In this document: positions 38,893 to 48,478 of the stretch, in pieces
Numbering within the stretch: the first letter of the stretch is position 1
Layout of the letters: each line of letters begins with the position of its first letter
DNA from: Candidatus Hecatella orcuttiae
GTDB taxonomy: Archaea; Thermoproteota; Bathyarchaeia; Hecatellales; Hecatellaceae
DNA length: 64,000 nt
Direction: 5' to 3'
Assembly: GCA_002011035.2 (NCBI GenBank)
Contig: MTLY02000002.1
Coordinates: 192,001 to 256,000, forward strand
The notes under the pieces: model-generated
Told to the model about the DNA's origin: nothing
The model's database searches: none
What the model saw: the letters and a program-made list of their open reading frames with translations, nothing else
Program-made: the position numbers and the translations under genes

Positions 38893-40350
38893 TCAGAGCG
38901 TGGGAGTTCTTCCCTTAAAGGCCGCAGCCTGCTCGTAGGCGAAGGAAACCTGCAGAGCTAGGTCTTCCCTGAAGGGAGGAGCTATCACCTGGGCTCCGAT
39001 GGGAAGCCCTTGGTGGAAACCACAGGGGAAAGACACAGCCGGCAGGCCGGCGAGGTTGACAGGCACGGTGTCCACATCGCACATGTATAGAGCCAAGGGG
39101 TTGTCTATTTTTTCTCCAAGCCTGAAGGGAAGCAAGGGCATGGTGGGCGCTAGGAGGACATCGACCTGCTGGAAGGCTTTTTCGAAGCTTCTCTTTATCA
39201 AGGTGGCGACCTTAAGGGACTTGAGGAAAAACCTGTCATAGTAGCCGGCTGAGAGGGCGTAGGTGCCTAGAATGATCCTCCGTTTCACCTCGGCTCCGAA
39301 GCCCTCCCGGCGGCTTTTGGAGAAAACCTGGTTCCAATCCAAGTCGACTTCAGTCCTATAGCCGTACCTTACACCATCGTAGCGGGCTAGGTTGGAGCTG
39401 GCCTCCGACATGGCGATGAGGTAGTAGGCTGGGAGAGCGTAGCTAAGGACGGGTAAGGAGATCTCTTGGCAGAGGGCTCCCATCTCCTCCAGCTTGGAGG
39501 CGCATTCCAGCACAGCCTTCACCACCGCTTCATCCGTCCCCAGCCCTATCAACTCTCGTAGGACGCCTACCTTTAAGCCTCGGAGGTCCTTCCCCAAGCT
39601 TCGCGTATAATCTCGCGGAGCTCTGTTCACCGACGTGGAATCCCTTTCATCGTACCCCCCTATCACGGACAGCAGCAAAGCGCAGTCGTACGTGCCCCTA
39701 GCCAGCGGACCTATCTGCTCCAAGCTGTTGGCGTAGGCGATAAGTCCGTAACGGCTGACCAGCCCGTAGGTGGGCTTGAGTCCCACCACACCGCAGAAGC
39801 TAGCCGGACATCGGATGGAGCCCCCTGTGTCGCTTCCTAAGGCCAGCGGAGCCTCTTGGGCTGAGACTGCGGCGGCGCTGCCTCCTGAGGAGCCTCCTGG
39901 AACCCGGCTGAGGTCCCAGGGGTTTCTCGTGGGGCCAAAGTAGCTGGTTTCCGTGGAGCTGCCCATAGCGAACTCGTCCATGTTAGTCTTTCCGATGACG
40001 ATACCGTCCTCCGCCTCAATCCTCTCCACTACAGTGGCATCGTAGGGGGGAACAAAGTTTTCCAGAATCTTAGAGGCGCAGGTGGTCTTCACCCCTTTGG
40101 TGCAGATGTTGTCCTTCACAGCTACGGCTACACCTGCCAGCATCCCCACCCGCTCGCCCCGTTTCACCTTTTTATCTATTTTTTCAGCCTTCTTGAGGAC
40201 TGCTTCTCGGAGGACAGAAACGTAAGCTTTGACTTTAGGCTCAAGACTGTCTATCCTACTGAGGAAGGAGACAATACACTCCCGGGCAGTCAATTCCCGG
40301 TTTCTGATTTTCTGGGATATTTCCCAAGCTCCGAGCTTGTAAGGTTCCAT
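38893..40350 (-). CDS. gatA: Asp/Glu-tRNA amidotransferase subunit A
   Basis: GKTNMDEFAMGSS, PGGSSGGSAAAV, GSDTGGSIR.PA, EASSNLARYDG. Confidence 0.97.
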   Translation of the reverse strand: MEPYKLGAWEISQKIRNRELTARECIVSFLSRIDSLEPKVKAYVSVLREAVLKKAEKIDKKVKRGERVGMLAGVAVAVKDNICTKGVKTTCASKILENFVPPYDATVVERIEAEDGIVIGKTNMDEFAMGSSTETSYFGPTRNPWDLSRVPGGSSGGSAAAVSAQEAPLALGSDTGGSIRCPASFCGVVGLKPTYGLVSRYGLIAYANSLEQIGPLARGTYDCALLLSVIGGYDERDSTSVNRAPRDYTRSLGKDLRGLKVGVLRELIGLGTDEAVVKAVLECASKLEEMGALCQEISLPVLSYALPAYYLIAMSEASSNLARYDGVRYGYRTEVDLDWNQVFSKSRREGFGAEVKRRIILGTYALSAGYYDRFFLKSLKVATLIKRSFEKAFQQVDVLLAPTMPLLPFRLGEKIDNPLALYMCDVDTVPVNLAGLPAVSFPCGFHQGLPIGAQVIAPPFREDLALQVSFAYEQAAAFKGRTPTL

Positions 40351-40362
40351 GGCCTGCTTCCC

Positions 40363-40674
40363 TCAGAGGATCCGGGGAGCTTCGAAGAAGCGGCCCCTTT
40401 TCCTTGGGGCGTTGGCCAAAGCTTCCTCGGGGGGGAGAGAAGGCTTCACTTCATCTTTCCTGAAAACATTAACCAACTCTAAGACGTGGAGAGTGGGCGG
40501 AACTCCCTCCGTGTCCAGCTCATTCAGCTTTTGGAAGTAGTCTAGGATGTCATTGAACTGCTGGGTGTAGAGTTCTTTTTCCTCCTCTGAAAGCTCCAGC
40601 CTCGCCAACCAAGCGACATGCTCCACCTCTTCCTTCGAAATATGCCTTTTCGAAAGGGCCATCCTCAACTTCAC
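40363..40674 (-). CDS. gatC: Asp/Glu-tRNA amidotransferase subunit C
   Basis: EV.HVA.LARLEL, L.ELDTEGV.P, N.FR.D, L.NAP....FF..P. Confidence 0.95.
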   Translation of the reverse strand: MKLRMALSKRHISKEEVEHVAWLARLELSEEEKELYTQQFNDILDYFQKLNELDTEGVPPTLHVLELVNVFRKDEVKPSLPPEEALANAPRKRGRFFEAPRIL

Positions 40675-40804
40675 CTTAGAAATGGCGACAGAGCAGATGA
40701 ACTGCTAAACCTCAAATGACTATCTGCAACAACTATAATAACCGTTCGCTGAAGAGATGTAAAAATTTCGATCCTGAAGCTGATGGAAACTGGTTTTAAT
40801 CCTT

Positions 40805-41716
40805 TCACCCTAGCTCTTCAGCCTTCCCAATCCAGCTTAGGATCTGCCTGCTTAGGGATGGATGCTTCCTTCTCCTAGGCCTCGAGACCGATGGGCAACC
40901 GCCTAGGAGCCGGTAGGCGCGTAGGGCCAACGGGTCAGCTTCACCGACCCTGTAACTTCGCCAACCTTCATAGTGCTTGAAGCTTTCCACGCAGGCCTCT
41001 TCTGGGGAGAAATCTTCCAGCTTCTCGGGGTCGATGAACACAGCGACCTTGTCCAGTTCCCTGTGCAGTGAGAGAGGGCAGACGAAAAGCCTTTGGAGGT
41101 CCATTTCATTGTCAACCCTTAACCCCGCCGACCCCAGCCTCAGGGCGGCTTCTTCCACCTTGGGGTGAACTTTCACCCTCACATACTCGACGGTGGCGTA
41201 GGCGAGGTCCAAGGGGTTAACCTTCGCCCTTAGCTCCGGGGAGAAGGCTGAGGGATGTATGTGGACATGGGCTCCTCGACCGCTGAACTTAACGGCCACA
41301 GACTCAGAGACTCCATAGGTTTCTAGGCATCGGAGTATCTCCTTCACCGCCTCCACCGTGGCCCTCCATCCTTCCAGCCGGTTGTCTACATCCCATGTGG
41401 CCATGCAGGCTTGGATGTTGGCGGGGTCGTAGATGTTTTCCTCTCGCTCCAGCTGCCGGTAAAGGTTGGCTGTGGCATGAATGGTTCGCGGCTGAAGCCT
41501 TCGGTAGGCTTTAAACAGGTAGTCTAGGTCTGAGGTCTTCCCGACCCTCAAGGGACGATGCCCCGGTTTTTGATAGCGAACTAATATTCTCCGGCCTCGC
41601 TCGTCTTTTTGTTCGCAGTGAATTCCAACCCACCTGTCCCTGCAAAATTCAACGATCTCCCTCTGAACCTCAGGCTTGCTGTAATGGTGGAGGATTTGCT
41701 CGTAGGCTAAGGGCAT
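40805..41716 (-). CDS. Archaeo-eukaryotic primase (AEP) superfamily protein, not canonical PriS
   Basis: Motif I WDVD, motif II KFSGRGAHVHI, motif III VD.....RL...P.SLH. Confidence 0.75.
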   Translation of the reverse strand: MPLAYEQILHHYSKPEVQREIVEFCRDRWVGIHCEQKDERGRRILVRYQKPGHRPLRVGKTSDLDYLFKAYRRLQPRTIHATANLYRQLEREENIYDPANIQACMATWDVDNRLEGWRATVEAVKEILRCLETYGVSESVAVKFSGRGAHVHIHPSAFSPELRAKVNPLDLAYATVEYVRVKVHPKVEEAALRLGSAGLRVDNEMDLQRLFVCPLSLHRELDKVAVFIDPEKLEDFSPEEACVESFKHYEGWRSYRVGEADPLALRAYRLLGGCPSVSRPRRRKHPSLSRQILSWIGKAEELG

Positions 41717-41758
41717 AGCTTCACCTCGAAGTTGGTAAGGAAGGCGAAGCAGGCAGAC

Positions 41759-42550
41759 TCACGGAGGCATTTCCTTTTCTCTTTCCTCAGCCGCCTTGAT
41801 GACCTTCTCCGAAACCTTGGAAGGCACAGCTACATCTTCCCTTCTTTGCTTGGCGGAGCCTAGGAGGGTGAGGCCTCGGCCGTCCAGCACCGTGACCTCC
41901 TGCATAACCAAAGAGTGGGGAGTCTGCCTCATCTTCTCCACTAGAAGGTATCTTCTCAGAACCCCTCCGCGGACAAACCTTCGAAACCTGATGATGCCGT
42001 CGGCTATATGCTCCACCCCGAAGCCGAAGGCGTCGGAGGTGGTGATGGCGTACTGGGAGACGGCTAGGACGGTGAAGTCCCATTTAGTCAGGACTTTTTT
42101 GACGGTATAAGAGTACCGCCGGGCCATAGCCGGCTTATCCAACCAGAAGGCAGAGAGGCTGTCGATGACCAATCTAGCCCGGCCGTAGCCTAAGGTCTTC
42201 TTAGCCTCGATGACCTTGTTCAGCAACTCGTCGATTTCAAGGCTTTTCAGAGACCAAGGATCTTCCAAGCCCATGAGGGCGTCGACGATTATCAGTCTCC
42301 CACCCTCCACAGCCCGGCGGAAGTCGATGCCGAACTGAGCTGACTGCTGGATGATGGAGTCCCTAGACTCCTCGGTGGTGACGTAGATGCAACGGTCTCC
42401 CTCCTTTATCCCTTCCGCTATGAAGTGTATGGAGAACACAGTCTTACCTGTTCCCGGCTCCCCTGTCACCGCCACCAGAAAACTTCGGGGGATACCTCCC
42501 CCAACCAGCCTGTCGAACTCAGGTATACCTGTGGACAGCCTTTCACTCAA
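41759..42550 (-). CDS. Single-domain KaiC/RadA-like (RecA superfamily) ATPase
   Basis: LSTGI..FD.LVGGGIP, GEPGTGKT, YVTTEE, VIDSLS, GVEHIADGII, VEKMR.T.H. Confidence 0.93.
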   Translation of the reverse strand: MSERLSTGIPEFDRLVGGGIPRSFLVAVTGEPGTGKTVFSIHFIAEGIKEGDRCIYVTTEESRDSIIQQSAQFGIDFRRAVEGGRLIIVDALMGLEDPWSLKSLEIDELLNKVIEAKKTLGYGRARLVIDSLSAFWLDKPAMARRYSYTVKKVLTKWDFTVLAVSQYAITTSDAFGFGVEHIADGIIRFRRFVRGGVLRRYLLVEKMRQTPHSLVMQEVTVLDGRGLTLLGSAKQRREDVAVPSKVSEKVIKAAEEREKEMPP

Positions 42551-42568
42551 GAACCGGAGCAGCCCCCC

Positions 42569-43213
42569 TTACAGCTTCCCGAGGTGAAGCTGTTTGAGAG
42601 TTTCTAAACCTGCAGCCTTAGCGCCCAGTTCAGCAGCCTTCTCCCTATCGGCGCTCCCGATGATGATGACGTCACCTTCCTTGGGGTGAAGACCATCCTC
42701 CAACCTTCGGCGGATTTCAGGGAAACCCTCCAAACAGTTTTCTTCCCCACCCCCAGGCATGATGTAGACGCCCTTCCGGTAGATGAGAGTTGTCGCCCCT
42801 AAGGCTCCAGCTTTCAAAGCGGCATCCCGCTGCTCGAGGCCGTACCTCACGGCCCCCGCCGCCTTTTTCACCAAAACACCCGCATTATATTTTCCGAGAA
42901 AGAGGGGGCTCTTGGGCACCTCCACCGGGCCGGCTGTCCAAGTTTTGATGAAATCGTAAAGTTCTTTCCCCCGGTCAGTAAGGCTGTTTCCTCTTCGAGT
43001 TCTTTTGATGAGGCCCAGGTTTTTCATATGCCTTAGGAGGGTTCGAACGGCTCCTTCCCCGATTTTAAGCTCCCCGGCCAGTCGGATCCGTCCCACAGTT
43101 TTTTCGTCCCCAATAAGCTCTAGAGCTTTCATGACGTGAGCCTCGAGGAAGGTTAACCCCGGCCCGGGCGCAGCCTTCTCCATGATTTTAGCCAGCATCC
43201 TGAGAGGGTGCAA
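42569..43213 (-). CDS. Winged-HTH protein (DUF4443/DUF2111-like)
   Basis: GR..LA.EL.IGEGAVRTLL..M...GLI, G.EQRD.A.K.GA.GATT. Confidence 0.75.
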   Translation of the reverse strand: MHPLRMLAKIMEKAAPGPGLTFLEAHVMKALELIGDEKTVGRIRLAGELKIGEGAVRTLLRHMKNLGLIKRTRRGNSLTDRGKELYDFIKTWTAGPVEVPKSPLFLGKYNAGVLVKKAAGAVRYGLEQRDAALKAGALGATTLIYRKGVYIMPGGGEENCLEGFPEIRRRLEDGLHPKEGDVIIIGSADREKAAELGAKAAGLETLKQLHLGKL

Positions 43214-43271
43214 TTTGAAGGCCCACTAGTACAATCGCCCAAGACGGTTATAAAACTATCAGCCTAGGCTG

Positions 43272-45935
43272 TCAGTCGCCCTTTTGAGGGCTGAGACTTA
43301 CCTTTTCCTCCTTCAGCTTAGCCTGAGCAGCTGCCAGCCGGGCTACTGGCACCCTGAAGGGAGAACAACTCACGTAGTCGAGGCCTAGGCTGTGGCAGAA
43401 TTCGATGGAGCTGGGTTCCCCGCCGTGTTCTCCGCATATGCCGACTTTAAGGTCTTTCCTCGTACTCTTACCTAGCTCCACGGCTATCTTCATGAGCTTC
43501 CCCACCCCTTGGCGGTCTAGGACCTCGAAGGGGTTAACCTCCAGAATCTTCCGATCCAAGTATTCATGGATGAACTTGGCCTCAGCGTCATCGCGGCTGA
43601 AGCCGAAGGTCGTCTGAGTTAGGTCGTTGGTTCCGAAGGAGAAAAACTCCGCGTGCTTGGCGATCTCGTCAGCAGTGAGGGCCGCCCGGGGCACCTCCAC
43701 CATGGTTCCAATGGAATAGTTCACCTTGATGCCTCTCTGCTCCATGACCTCCTGGGCCTTCTGCTCTACCAGACGGCGGAGCTGGGCTATTTCCTCCGCT
43801 ATTCCGACCAAGGGAAGCATGATTTCTAGGTCAACTGTCACACCTTCTTTGGCCAGCTCCGTAGCCGCTTCGAAGATAGCCCGAGTTTGCATTTCGTAGA
43901 TTTCCGGGTACCTGATGCTCAGCCGGCATCCCCTATGCCCCAGCATGGGGTTATGCTCCGCCAATTCTTGGGCTTTCTTCAAGATTTTCTCCTTAACCTT
44001 CAAGGCTTCAAGGTCCTTACCTGTCAGCCTTAGGGTGGCGACTTCCTCGATGAGTTCGTCGATCCGGGGGAGAAACTCGTGGAGAGGCAAGTCCAGAAGC
44101 CTTATGGTGACGGGAAGTCCTTTCATTTCCCTGAAAATCTGCTTAAAGTCCTCTTTCTGCATGGGCATAAGCTTCTCCAAGGCTCTTTTCCGGTCCTCAT
44201 CCGTAGGGGAGAGAATCATCTCCTGAACGATGGGCAGCCGGTCTTGAGCATTGAACATTCTCTCCGTCCGGCATAAGCCGATGCCTTCCGCCCCGAAAGA
44301 CCTCGCCTTAGCCGCGGCGACGGGAGTGTCCGCGTTAGCTCTGACCTTCAAAGTCCGAGCCTCGTCAGCCCAAGCCAAAAGTTGGCCTAGCTCTTTGCCG
44401 ATTTCCGGCTCAACCATGGGCGCTTTTCCCAAGATCACCGAGCCTGAGGCCCCGTCGATGGTGATGATGTCGTCCTTGTTTACCTCCACGTCTCCTGCGT
44501 AGAATTTTTCCTTTTGGAGGTCGATTTTTATCTCCTCGCATCCCACTACGGCAGGCTTACCCATCCCTCTGGCTACGACGGCAGCGTGGCAAGTCATGCC
44601 TCCTCGGCTTGTGAGAACTCCCTTAGCGGCCACCATGCCGTGGATGTCTTCCGGGGTGGTTTCAGGCCTTACAAGGATTACGGCTTCCCCTTGGCTGCCT
44701 CTTCTGTCGGCTTCATCCACATCGAAGACAACCCTGCCCACAGCGGCCCCTGGGGAGGCGGGGAGGCCTTTGGCTATGGGCTTAACATCAGCCTTAGGGT
44801 CGATGTGGGAGTGGAGAAGCTGAACCAGTTGGTTAGGCTGAACCCTCAAGAGGGCTTCCTGAATGTCTATCAGCCCTTCCTGAACCATGCTTACGGCGAT
44901 GGTGAGAGCCGCTTGAGCCGTTCGCTTACCTGCCCTAGTCTGAAGCATGTAGAGTTTACCTTTCTCCACGGTGAACTCCATGTCCTGCATGTCTTTGTAG
45001 TGTCTTTCAACCCGCTCGCAGATCTGAGCCAGCTGCTCGTAGAGAGCAGGAGCCTCTTCCTTGAGGCTTTCCACAGGTTTAGGGGTCCGTATGCCCGCTA
45101 CTACATCTTCACCTTGAGCGAAACTCAGATACTCACCGTAGAGCTTCTTCTCCCCTGTGGAGGGGTTTCTAGTGAAGACAACTCCTGTCCCGGAGTCAGG
45201 GCTTAGGTTTCCAAAGACCATGGTCTGAACGTTTACAGCCGTGTAGAGGTCGTCGGGAATCTGGTTAACCCTCCGATAGACGATGGCTCGAGGGGTATAC
45301 CAAGACTTGAACACGGCTGTGACGGCCATGAAAATTTGCTCCCAAGGGTCTTGGGGGAAGTCCCGGCCTGTCTCCTCCTTTATGAGTCTTTTGTATTCTT
45401 CCACGACCTCAGCTAGGGCTTCAGCGTCCAGTTCTAAGTCTAGTTTAACGCCTCTCTTCTCCTTAGCTGAGTTGAAAATCTTCTCAAACTTCTCCCCGTT
45501 GATCCCGAGGACAATCCTCCCGAACATTTGGAGGAGTCTGCGGTAGCAGTCCAAGGCGAACCTCCGGCTTCCACTCAGTCTTTCCAAACCCTCCACGGTG
45601 CGGTCGTTAAGGCCTATGTTCAACACCGTGTCCATCATGCCCGGCATGGAAATAGGGGCTCCTGAGCGGACTGAGAGAAGAAGAGGATTAGAAGGGTCGC
45701 CTAACTTTTTCCCTGTCTTAGCTTCTATGGTTCGGAGTTTTTCTCGAAGTTCATCCTCTAATCCCGGGGGAAATTTTTGCCCATGGGTGAAAAACTCTCT
45801 GCAGGCTTCTGTGGTGACGGTTAAACCTGGGGGGACAGGGAGGCCCAGCTGAGTCATCTCCGCTAGGTCTGCGCCTTTACCTCCCAAGATTTTTCTCAGA
45901 TGTTTTCCTCCTTCTTCGAAAAGGTAAACCCACAT
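43272..45935 (-). CDS. ppdK: Pyruvate, phosphate dikinase
   Basis: LGGKG..LAEM, SVRSGA..SMPGMMDT, GGMTCHAAVVARG (phospho-His), GLCRTE, FSFGTNDLTQ, GICGEHGG. Confidence 0.98.
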   Translation of the reverse strand: MWVYLFEEGGKHLRKILGGKGADLAEMTQLGLPVPPGLTVTTEACREFFTHGQKFPPGLEDELREKLRTIEAKTGKKLGDPSNPLLLSVRSGAPISMPGMMDTVLNIGLNDRTVEGLERLSGSRRFALDCYRRLLQMFGRIVLGINGEKFEKIFNSAKEKRGVKLDLELDAEALAEVVEEYKRLIKEETGRDFPQDPWEQIFMAVTAVFKSWYTPRAIVYRRVNQIPDDLYTAVNVQTMVFGNLSPDSGTGVVFTRNPSTGEKKLYGEYLSFAQGEDVVAGIRTPKPVESLKEEAPALYEQLAQICERVERHYKDMQDMEFTVEKGKLYMLQTRAGKRTAQAALTIAVSMVQEGLIDIQEALLRVQPNQLVQLLHSHIDPKADVKPIAKGLPASPGAAVGRVVFDVDEADRRGSQGEAVILVRPETTPEDIHGMVAAKGVLTSRGGMTCHAAVVARGMGKPAVVGCEEIKIDLQKEKFYAGDVEVNKDDIITIDGASGSVILGKAPMVEPEIGKELGQLLAWADEARTLKVRANADTPVAAAKARSFGAEGIGLCRTERMFNAQDRLPIVQEMILSPTDEDRKRALEKLMPMQKEDFKQIFREMKGLPVTIRLLDLPLHEFLPRIDELIEEVATLRLTGKDLEALKVKEKILKKAQELAEHNPMLGHRGCRLSIRYPEIYEMQTRAIFEAATELAKEGVTVDLEIMLPLVGIAEEIAQLRRLVEQKAQEVMEQRGIKVNYSIGTMVEVPRAALTADEIAKHAEFFSFGTNDLTQTTFGFSRDDAEAKFIHEYLDRKILEVNPFEVLDRQGVGKLMKIAVELGKSTRKDLKVGICGEHGGEPSSIEFCHSLGLDYVSCSPFRVPVARLAAAQAKLKEEKVSLSPQKGD

Positions 45936-46072
45936 CTAGACCACCACGGTTAAGGCGACTATAACTACAAAACTCATGTAGGTTATATACATTTCTTACC
46001 TTCGAACAGCCTACGAAGCTGGAGCCCATTGCTTTTATACCGCCAACATCCAAGACAGTTACGGGAAGGCAG

Positions 46073-46594
46073 ATGGAAGTCTTAGAAGCCATCCGAACTA
46101 GGAGAAGCATTCGAAGCTACAAAAAAGAAGAAGTGAAAGATGAAGATCTGAACAGGCTCTTGGAAGCAGGCCGCTGGGCGCCTTCAGCCGGCAACGTTCA
46201 ACCTTGGGAGTTCATCGTTGTCAAGAGGGGAGAAGCTAAGGCCAAACTGGCTCAAGCCGCCCTAAACCAGAGGTTCATAGCCGAAGCTCCCGTGGTCATT
46301 GTAGTTTGCGCCGACTTGCAGAGGGCTTCGTGGGCCTATGGGGAACGAGGGGAGACTCTCTATTGCCTTCAAGACACAGCTGCTGCTGTCCAAAACATGC
46401 TACTCGCTGCTCATGCCCTAGGTTTGGGAACATGCTGGGTGGGAGCCTTCCACGAAGAAGCCGTGAGACGCTCGCTAGACATCCCCCCACGGGTCAGACC
46501 TGTAGCTCTTCTACCCATCGGCAAGCCCGCGGGGAGACCTCCTTCCATGTCTAAAAGGCCCTTGGGCGAGATCCTTCATTTCGAAAGATTCTAA
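46073..46594 (+). CDS. Nitroreductase family protein
   Basis: RRSIR.Y, APSAGN.QPW.FIVV, NM.LAA.ALGLGTCWVG. Confidence 0.93.
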   Translation: MEVLEAIRTRRSIRSYKKEEVKDEDLNRLLEAGRWAPSAGNVQPWEFIVVKRGEAKAKLAQAALNQRFIAEAPVVIVVCADLQRASWAYGERGETLYCLQDTAAAVQNMLLAAHALGLGTCWVGAFHEEAVRRSLDIPPRVRPVALLPIGKPAGRPPSMSKRPLGEILHFERF

Positions 46595-46641
46595 AGAGAC
46601 TCTTCAACCATTAAAAGCAGAGTTCCCGGAGCCCGAAAGAC

Positions 46642-48417
46642 TTGGGCAAAGAAGACATGAACTATTCCCTCCTCGTGGAGATGTATGAGAGAATAGAGGC
46701 GACGACCAAACGCTTAGAGATCACCGACTACCTAGTAGATCTTTTCAAGAAGACACCGAAGAAGCTCATCGACAAAGTCGTATATATGACCCAAGGAAAG
46801 CTTCACCCCGATTATATGGGGATAGAGCTGGGAATAGCGGAAAAACTGGCCATCAAAGCCATCTCCCTCTCCTCCGGAGCTGGAGAAGTCGAAGTGGACA
46901 AGGCGCTGAAAAAAATAGGGGACATTGGGGAGGCGGCTGCGAAATTTCTGGGAAAAAAAACTCAGGTTACTCTCTTCCACGAGCCCCTCACCGTTAGCAG
47001 GGTGTATGAAACTATGGACAGGATAGCCTTGTCCACAGGGGAAGGTGCCCAAGAAGCCAAGATCAAGCTTTTGGCCAGCCTCCTTTCCGACGCTGAGCCT
47101 GAAGAAGCCAAGTACATCGTCAGAACGGTGACCGGGAAGCTTCGGCTTGGGGTAGCGGACATGACTATTCTAGACGCCTTGGCTGTTGCTTTCTGCGGCT
47201 CCAAAGAAAACAGACCTCCATTGGAAAGGGCCTACAACCTCTCCTCAGACCTAGGAGGCCTAGCCGCGGCGGTGGCGGAGAGGGGTTTGGAGGGCGTCAA
47301 AAAATTTAAAATAACCGTAGGGAAACCCATCAGGCCCATGTTGGCTGAACGGCTGGCATCCCCTCAGGAAATCCTTGAAAAGATGGGAGGCCGGTGTGCC
47401 GTAGAATACAAGTACGATGGAGAGCGACTTCAGATTCACAAGGAGAAAGACAAAGCCACAATTTTTTCCAGGAGGCTGGAGAACATCACCCACCATTACC
47501 CGGATGCTTGCCAGCTGGTAGTGAACCATGTTCAAGCCTCAGCGGCCATCGTGGAATGTGAAGCCGTGGCTATAAACCCTGACACAGGGGAAATGATGCC
47601 CTTCCAAGAGCTGATGCATAGAAGGCGGAAATATGGCATCCAAGAGGCGATGAAGCTTTATCCTGTTTCCCTTTTCCTCTTCGACCTCCTTTATGCGGAC
47701 GGGGAAGACCTCACCCTTAAACCCTATCCTGAAAGACGGAGGGTTCTGGAGAGCTTGGTGGAGGAGGGGGAGAGCATCAAGCTTGCCAAAGCTTTGGTCG
47801 TTGACAACGCGGAGGCCTTGGAGAAGTTTTTCGAGGAAGCCGTCGCGGAGGGATGCGAAGGCATCTTAGCTAAAGCCGTCTATCCTGAGTCCGTCTACCG
47901 GGCTGGAGCTAGGGAGTGGCTTTGGATAAAATATAAACGGGACTACCAGGCTCTTTTAACAGATACCGTGGACTTGGTGGTCGTCGGAGCCTTCCACGGC
48001 CGAGGGCGGAGGGCTGGAACCTACGGCGCTCTGCTCCTCGCAGCATACAATGAAAAGGAGGACGTCTTCCCCACTGTGTGCAAGATCGGCTCAGGCTTCA
48101 CCGACGAGGACTTGGAGAAACTTCCCAGGATGCTGAAAGACTATATCATACCTCACAAGCATGCTAGGGTTGTAACTCAGATGAAGGCGGATGTCTGGTT
48201 TACCCCCAGCCTAGTCCTCGAAGTTTTAGGAGCTGAAATAACCCTGAGCCCTGTTCACCCTTGCGGGATAAACCGTATAAGAAAAGGAAGCGGCTTGGCC
48301 ATTAGGTTTCCTAGATTTACAGGCCGATACCGGGAGGACAAAAGCCCGGAAGACGCCACCACTGAGGATGAGATCGTCGAGCTTTACCTTAAACGGCTGA
48401 AGAAGGTTGAAGCATGA
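46642..48417 (+). CDS. lig: ATP-dependent DNA ligase
   Basis: EYKYDGER, FSRRLE, EGI.AK, W.KYKRDY, DLVVVGAF.GRG, RFPRF. Confidence 0.98.
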   Translation: MGKEDMNYSLLVEMYERIEATTKRLEITDYLVDLFKKTPKKLIDKVVYMTQGKLHPDYMGIELGIAEKLAIKAISLSSGAGEVEVDKALKKIGDIGEAAAKFLGKKTQVTLFHEPLTVSRVYETMDRIALSTGEGAQEAKIKLLASLLSDAEPEEAKYIVRTVTGKLRLGVADMTILDALAVAFCGSKENRPPLERAYNLSSDLGGLAAAVAERGLEGVKKFKITVGKPIRPMLAERLASPQEILEKMGGRCAVEYKYDGERLQIHKEKDKATIFSRRLENITHHYPDACQLVVNHVQASAAIVECEAVAINPDTGEMMPFQELMHRRRKYGIQEAMKLYPVSLFLFDLLYADGEDLTLKPYPERRRVLESLVEEGESIKLAKALVVDNAEALEKFFEEAVAEGCEGILAKAVYPESVYRAGAREWLWIKYKRDYQALLTDTVDLVVVGAFHGRGRRAGTYGALLLAAYNEKEDVFPTVCKIGSGFTDEDLEKLPRMLKDYIIPHKHARVVTQMKADVWFTPSLVLEVLGAEITLSPVHPCGINRIRKGSGLAIRFPRFTGRYREDKSPEDATTEDEIVELYLKRLKKVEA

Positions 48418-48478
48418 AGCTTGGCGAAATGAAAAGTCAGCGAGCTGCGTTTCTTCAACCTTCCTGTTGACGTAAGCG

